From Octopus vulgaris (taxonomy: Eukaryota), in NCBI GenBank assembly GCA_951406725.2, contig OX597819.1, positions 113,832,001 through 113,896,000 on the forward strand: 64,000 nucleotides of DNA, written 5' to 3'. The translations under genes were made by a program, and so were the position numbers. Numbering within the stretch: position 1 is the stretch's first letter; each line of letters opens with the position of its first letter. Of the stretch, positions 44,601-57,369 are shown piece by piece. The notes beneath the pieces were generated by a model. The model was not told the origin of the DNA. It worked only from the letters and a program-made list of their open reading frames with translations, and ran no database searches.

Positions 44601-45930
44601 TTGTGAATGAATCTAAACCAATTATGGGAAGGTATTGTAATTCCAAAGACTGATACCTGGGATACAGTTGATGACAATTTGATTAAACACTATATGATTA
44701 AGTATTTCATCATCATCCTTTAATGTCTGTTTTCCATGCTGACATGGGTTGGACCCATGTTAGTATTTACATTATTTGTAATTTTGAAAATTATTTACTC
44801 AATGTTTTTAGAATAGAGTAATATATTTTAATTTTTCTTACTTTATTTTAGGTTATTTTAAGTCTTCTCAGCTATTTTGTCCAGACTTCAGTTCACTATT
44901 TTCTCTCTCGTTTTCACTTTCCTTTCTTCAATATATTGTTTGACTTGGTAGAAATAGCAAACAATTCCATACCATTTAATAAAGAATAAATTAAAAAAAG
45001 GGGGTAAACATTGGGTAGTTGTAGTCTGATATATTTGGGAATAAAATAAGATTGTTATAGCTCAAATACCTTTGATCACAGGTTTGACACTATTAGGTTT
45101 GACTCGGAGTATGAACTAGACTACATCAGAAAAGTACCTCAATATAATTGAAGTTGTTTGAGATGTCTTACAACTGTTTTCCCCCACCCTCACCTCAAGT
45201 TTTCCAACTTACTTCTTTTACTGCATAACTTAGCAACACAGTATAAACCTAACTCTATGGGTTAATTAATGTTTGTTGTATTTAGGGGTTTAAATATTGT
45301 TACATCATTGATCAGAATAACATTGCCTTGAACACACAGACAGTTTGTTTCTGATAGTTTCAGGGATGTTAACTCACCTCATTAAGTGCTGGTTTTAATA
45401 AAGTTTATTTTTGTATTCTTTATAATTTTTCTGCACTCTTAACTTTTTTTCCTTGTTCTCATTGAGTATTGCATTTAAAATGGTTATATTTCTCAGTGGC
45501 ACTCCTGGTAGAAAAACCAGGACATGTATTTATTTTTAAAATTAATGTAGGTGGATACATATTACTTTTACATATTCTCTTTCCCAGTTGTGTCTAATAA
45601 AGGTAAATGGTTTATATTAAAATTGGAATATTTTTTGTATACATTTTGATATCTTAGACTCTAAAGTTACCATCAACAAAATTATTAAAACATGACTGTG
45701 CCTGTAGTGAGTCTTATTTTCAGTTAATATTAAGTTTTTATGCTTGTGAAAATATATCCTCTAACTGTGCATATGTGTGTAATTTTTATCATTTCTGGTA
45801 ACATAATCAGCAGCTGCGAGGAATCTTTTGCCAGTCTTATTGAGCTAAAGTGAACAATTGTTTATCTATGTCAATACATTGTGCATCAGTATTTACACAT
45901 TGCAACAACATATGGTTTGTTCTTCAACAG

Positions 45931-46181
45931 TGGGCCACTGTGTGCATCCAGCTCCCTCATTGTGCTCTGAAGACCGTATGCAGTAATGTGGTAGCAGAAA
46001 TGAAGAGGCTTAACCAACACCGTCCAGGTCTATCTATTGCTGCTGCCATCAGTAACAGGTTAAGCTACTTGCTGCCCAGTAGTCTACCAGAAATCGGCTC
46101 TGGCCCAGTGGAACGATCTCTTATGTACAGTGAAGCTGCACGGCGGGAAACATTTGGCAAGTGGCCTCACATGAATTACAA
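45931..46181 (+). CDS. BIRC6: BIRC6 exon C (start of BIR domain)
   Basis: caacag acceptor, gtaagt donor; phase 0-2. Encodes WATVCIQLPH...RLSYLLPS...RSLMYSEAARRETFGKWPHMNYK. Confidence 0.96.
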
Positions 46182-46569
46182 GTAAGTTAAAGAGTTACAC
46201 TTCAATAATGGTTTCTGAACTGGTATTTTTTTTTCCTTTTGTCTCTAAACTTTGAATAAAGCACATTCCATGGTTGAACGGTTTGCAATAGGAAAGTTCA
46301 TTCATTAATTTAATGTACATTTTTCTATGCTAGCATGGATTTGGATGGAGATTATTTGGGGAAGAATTTCACAGCTGAATGCTCTTCCTGTTGCCAACCC
46401 TTACCTGTTTTTCATTGAGAGTGACCATATAGTATCATCAAGGAATGCCAACATCAACACCTTAGTGTTGACAGGTGCAGAATATATATTCACAACACAC
46501 ACACGCACATAAGACATTTAATCAATGGACATTGCAGTAAGCCCATTGTATGTTTATTTTATATATGTA

Positions 46570-47030
46570 TCATCATCACCATTTAATGTCCGTTTTCCAT
46601 ACTGGCATGGGCTGGACAGTGTGACAGGAGCTGGCCGACTGAAGAGCTGCCCAAGCTCCATGTCTGTTTTGGTATGGCTTCTACAGCTAGATGACCTTCC
46701 TAACACCACCCACTTTACATAGTGTACCGGGTGCTTTTATTTGGCACAAGGATGGATGCTCCTCTGTGGCACTGACATGGGTGCTTTTTACATAGCACCA
46801 GCATCCTTGAGCATGCAAGGTTAGGATTGCTCAGCTGAAGAAAGATGCAGGATGCAGGGCACATACCTGAATGCATAGACAACCATGATTTTACTTAGCT
46901 TAACATATCTTCTCAAGCGCAACAAACCGCCAGAAGTTTTGGTCCCTTGTCATTCCTACTGTGAGGCTCAGCATCTGAAGCTCCTTTCTCACCAATTTAT
47001 CCCACATCTTCCTGAACCTACCCCTTCCTC
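46570..47030 (-). mobile_element. RTE-LINE 3' end
   Basis: (CAT)n tail, ccatactggcatgggctggac..., and an ORF C-terminal relic near 46900-47020. Confidence 0.8.
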
Positions 47031-47603
47031 ACCTTCCCTCCACACACACACACACACACACACACAAATATACAATGGACTTCCTGCAATTTATTTCTTT
47101 TAAATTCTATGTTCCATGGATTGGCTCAGGGCTATAGTAAAAGACATTTACTCAAGGTGTTGTGCAGTGAGACTGAACCCAAAATCATATGGTTGTGAAA
47201 CAAACCTCTTAGCCGCACATCCATGTCATCCTCTAAAAATAATTACTCCATCTAGAAGCCATCGCATCCATCAAAGCATGGGGAAAGCATGTAAAAATAG
47301 TAACCACTCCCACCCACAAAAATATGTTGCTATTTGTTGGCATCAGATCAAGCCTCAGTTTGCTAATTTCTGTGCTGTTTCTAGACCATACACTAGGGTT
47401 GTACTGTACTGAAGGCCAATACTCAGTGCACCTGGCTGTAAATGGATACCATTTAGTGGTACAATCCATTACTGTAAGCAGCTAGATTTTAGAACTGTTA
47501 AGGGTTTCATCAATCTCATGAAAAATCATTCTTGTGTCTATTTTCCTAAATACAAAAAGGCCATTTTCAATGATTTAAAAAGTTTTTGTGAAAATTTCTG
47601 ATA

Positions 47604-47759
47604 TGGTGTGGCTGTGTGGTAAGTAGCTTGCTTACCAACCACATGGTTCTGTGTTCAGTCCCATTGTGTGGTACCTTGGCAAGTATCTTCTGCTATAGCC
47701 TCGGGCTGACTAAAGCTTTGTGAGTGGATTTGGTAGATGGAAACTGAAAAGAAGCCCGT

Positions 47760-47808
<49 letters not shown>

Positions 47809-48017
47809 ATATTTGTGTTTGCCCCATCACCACCATTGCTTGACAACCGATGCTGGTGTGTTTATGTCTCTGTAACTTTGCAGTTCAGCAAAAGAGACCG
47901 ATAGAATAAGTACTAGGCTTATAAAGAATAAGTATTGGGGTTGATTTGTTCAACTAAAAGGCGGTGCTCCAGCATGGCTGTTGTCAAATGACTAAAACAA
48001 ATGAAAGAATAAAAGAA
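47604..48017 (+). mobile_element. SINE family 2, full length
   Basis: gtgtggctgtgtggtaag head, internal (TA)n(TG)n, aaaagaat tail. Confidence 0.9.
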
Positions 48018-48180
48018 TACCTGGATAATATGTGAACTAGTAGCATTTAATTTGATTCTTAATTTTATTTTTGCAATTTATTTCAAATGTTTTTCCTTTT
48101 GTATGTTTCTTTCTCTTCTCAGGGCAATTATTTAAATAAAATCTTTTGTCTTAACTAGAAAACTGCTTTCTATTTTTCAG

Positions 48181-48309
48181 ATGGGCCCTACCAGATCCTA
48201 TGGCACAAGCTGGATTCTATCACCAACCCAATTCTATTGGGGATGATCGTGCAATGTGTTTCACCTGCAACGTGTGTCTTGTCTGCTGGGAGCCCACAGA
48301 TGAACCTTG
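48181..48309 (+). CDS. BIRC6: BIRC6 exon D (BIR core; absent from the ORF track)
   Basis: tttttcag acceptor, gtaata donor; phase 2-2. Encodes WALPDPMAQAGFYHQPNSIGDDRAMCFTCNVCLVCWEPTDEPW. Confidence 0.97.
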
Positions 48310-49369
48310 GTAATAATTGACTACTCAATATTATGATGACTCCCAACTTCCTAAAATGATTTGGGATCTATTTCATCATCATCATCATCTTGGCTTTGCA
48401 TTTTACTTGGATTGATAGTTATTCTTGTAGCGAATATCTGGTTACATTGCATGAATTTTCTTTTTTTGTAAGAACTGTTATGCCACGCAGAACTATACTT
48501 TTGGATTCAGTTGAGCAAATTAATTTGAAACCTTTTCTCTGCTATTTGTGGTTGTAAAAATTAATGGTCAGAATATTATCTTGTTAGTAAGAGGCATCAA
48601 AAACCACAACCAATTACGTGTACAATTTATGACAAATAGTTAAGTTATTTGCAGTATTTATTTTCAACATCTAGGTTCTGATTTCCAATTTTAACCTCAC
48701 GTCTTTCTATTGGATAGTATCAAACAAATAACATTTATAAGCTAGTATTGTTTCATACTATTAAACCTATCCTTTGTGAATATTTTCCTTTAACCTCACC
48801 AAGAGACTTGTATTACACCACATGCTCTTTTCTTCCATGCCTTTTTGTATCCCAAAATACTGTCTACCTAACTGTAGTTAAACCACAGATTTTTTAAGTC
48901 AGTTTGATTGAAGTAAATAGAATGTAGTTTTGTATTGTAGTAGACAGTAATATTTTTATAGGACAAGGCTATCTGCTTCTCTGATTACACTGATTATAGT
49001 GCATGCATGGTTGAATACAATCTGAACTTCTTAAGTTCAGTTTGTAATCATGAAGTTATGGGTTCAATCCCACTGTACAGTATCTTGGACAAGTGTCTTC
49101 TGCTATAGTAGAACTCACAGGCCTTGAAAACAAGCCAGTCCTTATGAAATTGTGTTGACAGAAAATGTAGAGATACATGATTGACGTTACCTGTAATTCA
49201 AAGAGCCAGACTTGCTGCATAGTGGAATACTCAGTCATTTATATTATAATACCATGAGGTTGTTTCACTGACCAAACAACTGGCACATTCATTGTCGAAT
49301 CCAATGCAAGATCTATTTATACTTCTCTGTTTTGTGATTTTGAGCAATATGAGTTAGAGAAACATGATC

Positions 49370-49860
49370 GTATTGGGCCAAAATATTTAACCTTTTTTTT
49401 TTTTGTTTGTTAAAACTGGCCAGATCTGACCTCTAACCACAACAATGTCATTCTAGAAAGTCATTCTAAAATGTAAATAATCTATCGATGTATTGGAGAA
49501 GAGGAACAGTGAGAGTAGTATAAAGGATTTTTCCGAATGTAGTAGTAGTGTAAATCTCTTGAAAACAAATACTGATAACGATTCATGATCAATTACTGAG
49601 AATAGCTTATACTACCGGTACCCCACCCCGCCAAAAAGTCTTGAAGTGAATGAAGAACTGTATACTACAAGATAGAATTTCTGGAGGCTAAATTGTAAAA
49701 AGACGCAGTAGATATTTATATGTAATTAACACAGAATGTACAAAAAACTGTAACAATCACATCATCAAAATCTCTAAATTACAAGATAATGCATGATTAA
49801 TTTAAAACAATATAAATAAACAAACATTACATTTTACTGAGTAATTTGAATACCAAAGGG
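49370..49860 (-). mobile_element. piggyBac-like MITE M1 with ~270-bp internal insertion
   Basis: Reverse complement of 10821-11039 at about 49370-49480 and 49750-49860, with unrelated sequence between. Confidence 0.65.
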
Positions 49861-51443
49861 TTTATAACTAAAAGTAGAATATTAGCTGGTAATGAAGAGT
49901 GTTGGATTTCTGGCCAAGGAGTTGATGGCTTTTTGTTTATTGTTGTGGTTGTACAGTGTTGAATCTTTGGTAGTCCTTGTAGTTAGGTGACAATGTATTC
50001 AATGATGTATGCTAAAATTCACAGTGGATTGAAATATGCCCCTTAGTTGGGGAAAGAAAACAAAACCCTGATAGCAACTCTCAAGGAAAATGGGAAAATA
50101 ATTTCAAGGAATTAAGAATCAGTTTCACAGAAAATTGAATTTATATGCTTACAGAAAAAAATCTGATCTTTGTTAGTAGGCAAGTTAATAGCTATTTACC
50201 TGTTTTGGTCTTTTTAAATCTTATCAGGCAAGCATAGTTTTCTTAACCCTGCTCTGATCAGTGCACAAAGATTTTAATAAGTGTAAAAAAAAACAATACA
50301 AAGATTTTTGTCTGCAAGTTGCATAATTACAAAAAGTGGGCTAATTGCATGATTTTAGTTAAATCAAGTATATGGTGTTGTACTGAACGCTACAAAATAG
50401 TGGTAATTGTTAGCAACTGTAGCAAAAATTTTTTATAAAAATCAAGAATTAATTTTACAGTAAATTGCATTTTCACACGTAGAGGAGAAGACCTGATCTT
50501 CATATTTTGTTCAATGATTTGTAAATGGAAACCAAAAGTAGGTGTAGCTATAGTTAACTGTGGTAAGGAGGAACCAGACCAGTGTAAGTTTGTGAAATTC
50601 TACAAGAAGCCACTATAGTACTAGAGCTTAAGTTCTTTTTTGCCTGTTGATCTTGCCTTTTGAAGATGGCCAGTTGACTGCCAGATTCTAGTTTTGAGTG
50701 TATGTGATATCCTATTGATCTTCTTGGCTTTTTGTATAGGGGATCTCATTCTGGTATGAGTTTAGTTCCTGGTGAGTATTAGTTCCCATGTTAAAACTGG
50801 TTGTGCAGTCTTTCACCATCAAGTGTGTATCTTATTCAAAGAAACCTGTAATTTTAGAAGTGGAAAAAGAATGTTATGTCTTACTTTCCCTATGAGCTTC
50901 AGTATAACATGAAAACTGATAGAAAATATATAAATTACAAAATGATTGATATAGTTGCTGAATAGTTGTATATCTGTGTCTACAAGTACCATGATATACT
51001 TAATTGTATAGCAGGAGCTGCTAGAGTTGTCTAGGCATATATTAGCTCTTTTCAGATAATAACCACAGAACTGTGGAATAAAGAGTTGTATTGGATAACA
51101 TAGAGTGAGCAGCATAGTGACACTTTTTTTTTGTGTGTGTTGAAGGTGAAGAAGGGTTTTTTAATACAAGGACTGCAGCATAGCATGTAAAAGATCTTGT
51201 GTTCCGTATTCCAGCCACTTAGCTGCACCACAAATTTTGTAATTTAACAAACAAGTTAACACCATTTGTTTTTTTTTTAATTTCAACAAACAGATTAGAA
51301 ATATATTTTATAAATTTTAGCTTGTAACTTAGAGATTGGTGTTCAAGTTGGTTTTTTGATAAATTGTTATAATGTTCACTTTTTGTATTATTTTGTCATT
51401 TATGTTTTTGATTAAATTTTCTGTCTACCTCTCTCCTTCTCTC

Positions 51444-51491
<48 letters not shown>

Positions 51492-51662
51492 CATCCAGCA
51501 CTTTAAATTTGGGTTTTTGTCCCTGTTAATGGAGGTGTCTGGATCTACCTCAGTGCCATAGAAACTGCTCTTACATCATCTCAACATCTTGCCCATATGT
51601 ATATATAATGTGTGTGTATGTATGTATATAATATATCTATATATATATCTATTTATTTCCAG

Positions 51663-51736
51663 GTCTGAACACGAAAGACATTCAACATCTTGTCCTTTTG
51701 TGAAAGGAGAGTATACACAAAACGTCCCACTTTTAG
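51663..51736 (+). CDS. BIRC6: BIRC6 exon E (end of BIR domain)
   Basis: ttccag acceptor, gtttgt donor; phase 2-1. Encodes SEHERHSTSCPFVKGEYTQNVPLL and completes the C-x2-C-x16-H-x6-C zinc ligand pattern with exon D. Confidence 0.96.
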
Positions 51737-52003
51737 GTTTGTATGCATTTGTATTGAGTCAAACAGAAAACCTTTCTCTTTTTTTTCTCCAAAAGCTTTC
51801 TTTTTACTTTGTTTTGCTTTTCTTTTAATTTTTCAATTATTTTCTGCATACATTTGAATTCCAAACCAAATGACTTGTCTTTAGTCAATATCTTAGTCTT
51901 TTAGAGTATTAAGTTTTATTTTTTTTTTTAGTAATTCTTTTTCTTTCTTTAATTATGACTGAACCCAAGTGTATACTCATGTTTTTGTTTCATTTGATTG
52001 CAG

Positions 52004-52053
52004 TAACTTATGCAACACAGCCAGCTCTATTACATGGTGAACCAACAGACAAA
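52004..52053 (+). CDS. BIRC6: BIRC6 exon F (50-nt small exon)
   Basis: ttgcag acceptor, gtaaga donor; phase 1-0, bridging exons E and G exactly. Encodes VTYATQPALLHGEPTDK (vertebrate VTLATSPA...). Confidence 0.9.
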
Positions 52054-52338
52054 GTAAGATATCAAATTTGTCATTAATTCTCTTTGTTTCATTAGATTAG
52101 AAGACTGGGTAGACATCAGACAAAATTCTTTAACATGTTCATGTCCCAATACATTCCTAGGTTCAAATATCATTGGCATCATCAATACAATAATATTGTA
52201 TATTGAATATTGGGCTTGGTTAAATCAATTATACCCCCAACTCCTCAAATGCCTTGTGCTTAGGTTGTCTATTAGAGAATACTATTAGAGAAGTACATTG
52301 GAATGCAGAGAAAGAGCTTTGTTGTACTTGTGATTTTA

Positions 52339-52720
52339 TAATAATAATAATGAAATTATTGTGTATAGTGCTCAGGAGCACTACAACTCATCAGAGGTGC
52401 ATGTACAGTACGTAGAATTAGTACAAAAGTCAGGAAAGTGAACAGTCATGATATTCATGTGTGCTTGCGTATGGAGGGGAGGGATGTCAGGCATCGTGTT
52501 GAGGAATTTCAGGAAGCATGGAGGTTTTAAAGGATGTGATGTCTTGGCATCTAACAACTAATGAAGATGGTTTGTTCCATGCTTCAGCAACCCTGAGTGT
52601 GAAAAAGTTTTTCCAAAAGTCATGGTAGCTGTGCTGTTTTTTGACTTTGTATGCATGCCCACATGTATTAGGCACATGGAGCTCAAAAAGGTGCTCAAGG
52701 TGGTTGTTGGCACTATGGTT
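52339..52720 (-). mobile_element. CR1-clade LINE 3' end
   Basis: TCGHAYKVKK...KNFFTLRVAEAWNKP..VV....TSFK (CR1 TRGH..KL...FFS.RVV..WN.LP motif) and an (ATT)n tail. Confidence 0.85.
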
Positions 52721-53125
52721 AATAATTTTGTATTCTGAATTAAAATTTTGCTGAGTTATTCTTTATTCTACATCTTTCCAGAGTTGATAAAATATTTACT
52801 AATGAAGTGCTGGGGTAGATTTAGATTTCCTTAGATAACGTGAGATTTCAGTTGCAAAGTTTAAAAAAAAGATATGATTCATTGATTTATTATTTTGAAT
52901 AACTTTTGTCTTTAATTTCACCTTTTTTTTTCAATTTCTTACACTTTTATGTATTGTGATAATAACTTGAGTTTTGGTAAAATAGCCAAAGAAGGGTTAT
53001 AAGAACTTAACAAGCCAAATTTTCAGTAATACTGCACAAGCAGAATCCAAAAGACTAAATTTGGTGATATGAAAGGAGCAACATATTGTACAAGGAACAT
53101 GACATTCTCCTTTGTTTTCTTTCAG

Positions 53126-53221
53126 ATTGAGTGTATTAGTACATCCAGCAGCAAACATTTCTTTGCCACATCCACTTTGAATGGTAATGTTGTTATATGG
53201 AGTACAGCACGCCTACTAAAG
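53126..53221 (+). CDS. BIRC6: BIRC6 exon G (WD40-like blade)
   Basis: ttttctttcag acceptor, gtaatt donor; phase 0-0. Encodes IECISTSSSKHFFATSTLNGNVVIWSTARLLK. Confidence 0.92.
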
Positions 53222-53729
53222 GTAATTATATAATGTTATGTCTTCTTTTAATTTATATATGAGGTACTTTCATGCAGAATCTTTATGGTTTTGAATGAAA
53301 CAACTTGATATATCATGGTATTGAATTACATTGCATTCAAGTCTAGTGCCTGTGTTCCTGTATTGCCAAACTCTAATGGCTGAAACCAGCGAAAGAATGT
53401 ATGATGAATTTGTTGTGAAGTGTGTATGTGCGTTCTTAAAACCTATTTGTCATATGCAAGGTAGACATTATTATATCATTCAGTTCTAAAGGTTTTATGC
53501 AATCATCCTTAGAGCTTGTTGATAAGCAGAGTAATGCCTAAAACTGATTGTATGAATGCATTAAATTTTGTAACCTTGTGCTCTTCTAACACATGAATGT
53601 ATAGAGAACTTCCATGTTACTCCATAATCACTCTATTTCTACTGAAATACACAGTCCATGTATTTTCATTAATTTTGGGTGATTTAGTAAAGTGACTCAG
53701 TTTTTCATTGTGATAATATTTGGAACATA

Positions 53730-54060
53730 GGTGGCACGTAAAAACACCATTTGAGCATGAAAAAACATTCGAGCAAGGTTGTTACCAGTGCCACTGGACT
53801 GGCTCCTGTGCAGATGGCACGTAAAAGACACCATTTGAGCATGGCCATTACCAGTATCGCCTGACTGGCCCTCGTGTTGGTGGCACATAAAAGCACCCAC
53901 TACACTCTCAAATTGGTTGGCGTTAAGAAGGGCATCCAGCTGTAGAAACTCTGCCAGATCAGATTGGAGCCTGGTGCAGCCATCTGGTTCGCCAGTCCTC
54001 AGTCAAATCGTCCAACCCATGCCAGCATGGAAAGCGGACGTTAAATGAACGATGACGATG
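53730..54060 (+). mobile_element. RTE-LINE 3' UTR
   Basis: Three repeat cores plus the conserved terminal 120 bp. Confidence 0.85.
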
Positions 54061-54357
54061 AACAGAAAATTGCCTCTGCTCTCAGCCTTTTCTATTTCTG
54101 TTATAATGTCTCCTTGGAGTTGACTGGGATCATACCACATCCACTTGGACATTCCCGTTCCACTTGCTTCTCTTCCTCCCATCACCCTTGTTCTGGTTCA
54201 ATCCAGTCTCGTTTATGTAGGCCTAGAGAAGGACAAAGGGGTTCGGAGTGAGGACAGATGATAACAGTGCAGTCTGTTCAGGTAGTAGAAAGAAGAGAGA
54301 TTAGGAAATAGGAGTGAGGAAGAGGCAGGAGTCTTATGTGTGTTTGTGATCCAGTTT

Positions 54358-54490
54358 CATCATCATCATTGTTTAACGTCTGCTTTCCATGCTAGCATGG
54401 GTTGGACGATTTGACTGAGGTCTGGCTAACCAGATGGCAGCACCAGACTCCAATCTGATCTGGTAGAGTTTCTACAGCTGGATGCCCTTC
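54358..54490 (-). mobile_element. RTE-LINE terminal 130 bp
   Basis: Reverse complement of 53927-54045. Confidence 0.85.
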
Positions 54491-54584
54491 ATTATTTTTG
54501 GTATTAAAATAACTTTGTTAATGGAAAGTAAGTCACCTTATTTTGTATAGTTTTCAAAATTCTTATTCTCTTCTATTTATCCAG

Positions 54585-54700
54585 AAACACTGCCAGTTTA
54601 ATTTGGATCCAACTGAACCTGTAGTAGCTGCTAAAACAGGAGTACAATTTGAGATGGAACCCATTCCAACAGTGGATGTTGATAGCAGGCATAAATCTGG
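54585..54700 (+). CDS. BIRC6: BIRC6 exon H
   Basis: atccag acceptor, gtaagc donor; phase 0-2, open frame KHCQFNLDPTEPVVAAKTG...RHKSG. Confidence 0.85.
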
Positions 54701-54719
54701 GTAAGCCTTGTATTCGTGA

Positions 54720-55035
54720 TTTATTCTTTTATTCTATCAGTCATTTGACTGCAGCCATGCTGGAGCACTGCCTTTAGTCGAACAAATCAACCCCAGGACT
54801 TATTCTTTGTAAGCCTAGTACTTATTGTGTTGGCCTCTTTTGCTGAATTGCTAAGTTACAGGGATGTAAACACACCTATATCAGTTTTTAAGTGATGGTG
54901 GGAGGACACACCAAATCCACTCACAAGGTTTTGGTTGGCCCGGGGCTGTAGTAAGAAGACATTTACCCAAGATGCCTCACAGTGGGACTGAACCCAGAAC
55001 CATGTGGTTGAGAAGCAAGCTTCTTACCACACCTG
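54720..55035 (-). mobile_element. SINE family 2 copy, 20 nt downstream of exon H
   Basis: Collinear with 44180-44600, with the internal microsatellite region deleted. Confidence 0.85.
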
Positions 55036-56311
55036 CACCTACCACATAGCTGCATTAAGCTTTTTTCTCTTTTTCTCTTTTGTAATTTCCACTTTTAGTA
55101 AGCACTTGGTCTCTCAGCATGTTAGAAATAGTAACCAAACCTCCCTCAAACCATGTCTCACTATTATAAGTGGGTTGATCATGACTGAAACATCTTTAAT
55201 CAACAGTTTACTGGATCGTATCAGATCTGGCCTAGGGCTAAATGATGTTGGTTAAAACTAATAAAAGAAACTTTACACAGTGTCATAACTATGTTAGATG
55301 CCCTAGTGATAAGTTGTCCTTCTACTATACCAGCTTGCCTCATCACTGTATCAATTTAGGCCAGTAGCAGGAATATATATGTGTTGTGTATCTCTGTAAG
55401 GTCCGTATGCCTGTTTATCTATTTTTCCTATTGTTAACTTGTTCCAAGAATCTTCATAAGTTTGTTTTAAATATCCATGCTTGTTTTCAAAGTTCTAGCT
55501 AGCCCTGAATTCATATGATCCTTTTATAAGTCAAGTTACTTGGGTGATTAAAACAAAATTGGGAATGCATGTCACACATGATGTATGGATCTCAAGGAAA
55601 TATGTCCCCTGTATCATGTGTTACACAGAGCAGGCAGAAGTTTAAGATCTGGCGTTACTTCACAGTTAAAGAGTCAACCAGTTAAGATAATTCATACTCT
55701 TCTTTATATTGAAAGCTGTTTAATTATTTTCTGTATTGGGTTACAATCTGACATTTTATTTCCCTCTTTAATTATCTTCCCTACAAGCAGTGTGTGGGGA
55801 TTAATTTTAAATAATTTGGCTTCAGCAGCTGTGCTGGATACTTGAGCCTGATTGCTTAAGCCCCCACAACCTTTAGGAAGTGTAAAATTGTAAATAAGAT
55901 TTTATTTGTGATCTTAAACTAAATTAAATTTTCCAGTTTCGCTAAATATTTATTAAAGGTGGAATTGGTGCAAGTGACAAAAAGCTGATACATCTTCTTG
56001 ACAGCTCTTGATGCTTTATTGTTTTTGCACTTCAAATCCTGTCAAAGTCAACCTTTTGCTTTTCTCTCCTCTCACTTTCTAGTGATTTTGATCATTCAGT
56101 TGACTGTATGTCACTGTTTTACCTAGTCAATACACCTCATTAATTTAGGTTTTTATAATTATTTCTGTGTAATAGTTTCAATAACATTTTTTACAAGTCT
56201 TTTTTTATGTCAGTTAGAATCAAAATTTTCTTGGATGCACAAGTGAAAATTTGAAGAAACAGTTCTGATTCTTTTAAGTAATTTGTTTTATTTTCTCTTT
56301 TGTAATTGTAG

Positions 56312-56454
56312 CAGAATGGACCAACAGCTGAAAACAGAGCGGGACCGCTGTCCCAATGAGTTGTTGACTGAAGAGAGCTATACTCCCGAGTGTGTTGCTG
56401 TCAATATAACAGATCCTCGAGAAATACCTTTGAGTGATGAACTTTACACGAGAG
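56312..56454 (+). CDS. BIRC6: BIRC6 exon I (low-conservation linker; acceptor at 56312 or 56315)
   Basis: Pyrimidine tract plus TAGCAG acceptor, gtcagt donor; phase 2-1, which is what is needed to join exons H and J. Encodes RMDQQLKTERDRCPNELL...ELYTR. Confidence 0.8.
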
Positions 56455-57174
56455 GTCAGTATTATTTTGATTTACCTCTTCTTTTTTTTTTTGTCTTTTT
56501 TGGTCTTTTTCTAGTAAAATAATGGAATAATGGATGTTAAGTTATGATCTTCAACAACTTATTATATATGTCTTCAGTGAAGGACGGAATGGAACAGTTA
56601 GGTGCAGCTGTTGGGACATGGCTGACTGCACATTTGGTGGCTGTATGGTTTTGGCACTGCAGGCAAACATGCATGTGCAGAAATATATGCATACAGAGAG
56701 GGAGTGGGTGGCTGGGTGGGACAGCGAGAGATATTACACATACAGACATAACTAGATGCTCGCACATAAACAGGGACTGAGATGTGGGTGGGGAATGAGA
56801 AACATTAAAATGTCTGATGTCATGTAAGTCAGTGTTGAATCAGCAATGCCAAATAGGCAGCACAAAATGTCTCATATCCAGTGATAGAGTATGTAATAAG
56901 TAATGTCCAAAGATGTTAAAGTCTACTTCATATTCTGTGTGCTAAGATAAACATTTTTTGGTTTGATTCCCACACTGGAAACTTGTATGTTTAAACTTGT
57001 GTACAGCTCTAGTGATGTGCAACCCATCAAACCACTAGTACTTCAGGCTCTTAGATTATCTATATGATGGATATCTTTTGTTTTAACTGGTTCAGATTTT
57101 AATTCCATGCCCCAATAAATACCTGGGCCAATAAGCATTGCCTCTATTTGAAATTTAGGCAACTTTGTTCAGTT

Positions 57175-57244
57175 TGCATGATGGAAAAACCAGACCATCT
57201 TATGATTGAATCAAAAGGAGGAGGGGGGAATGAATGCAGTAATG
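57175..57244 (+). repeat. Intronic duplicate of a BIRC6 exon J segment (58348-58438)
   Basis: 70 bp with one substitution and a 21-bp gap relative to the exon. Confidence 0.95.
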
Positions 57245-57369
57245 CAGTTAAAAAGTATATAAAATGTTAAAAAAAGATACCATGATGTTGACAGTCTCAG
57301 AGCTTTTTTTTTTTTTTTGGCTAATGTCTATTGACATTTTGGTGACTGATCTCCAACCACAATGAGCTT

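Noticed and set aside
50680-51120. Possible second Penelope-like RT relic on the minus strand
   Set aside because: Similarity too faint to support without a profile search.
51514-51530. Short match tttgtccctgttaat to exon J near 59175-59190
   Set aside because: Too short and gapped to distinguish from chance.
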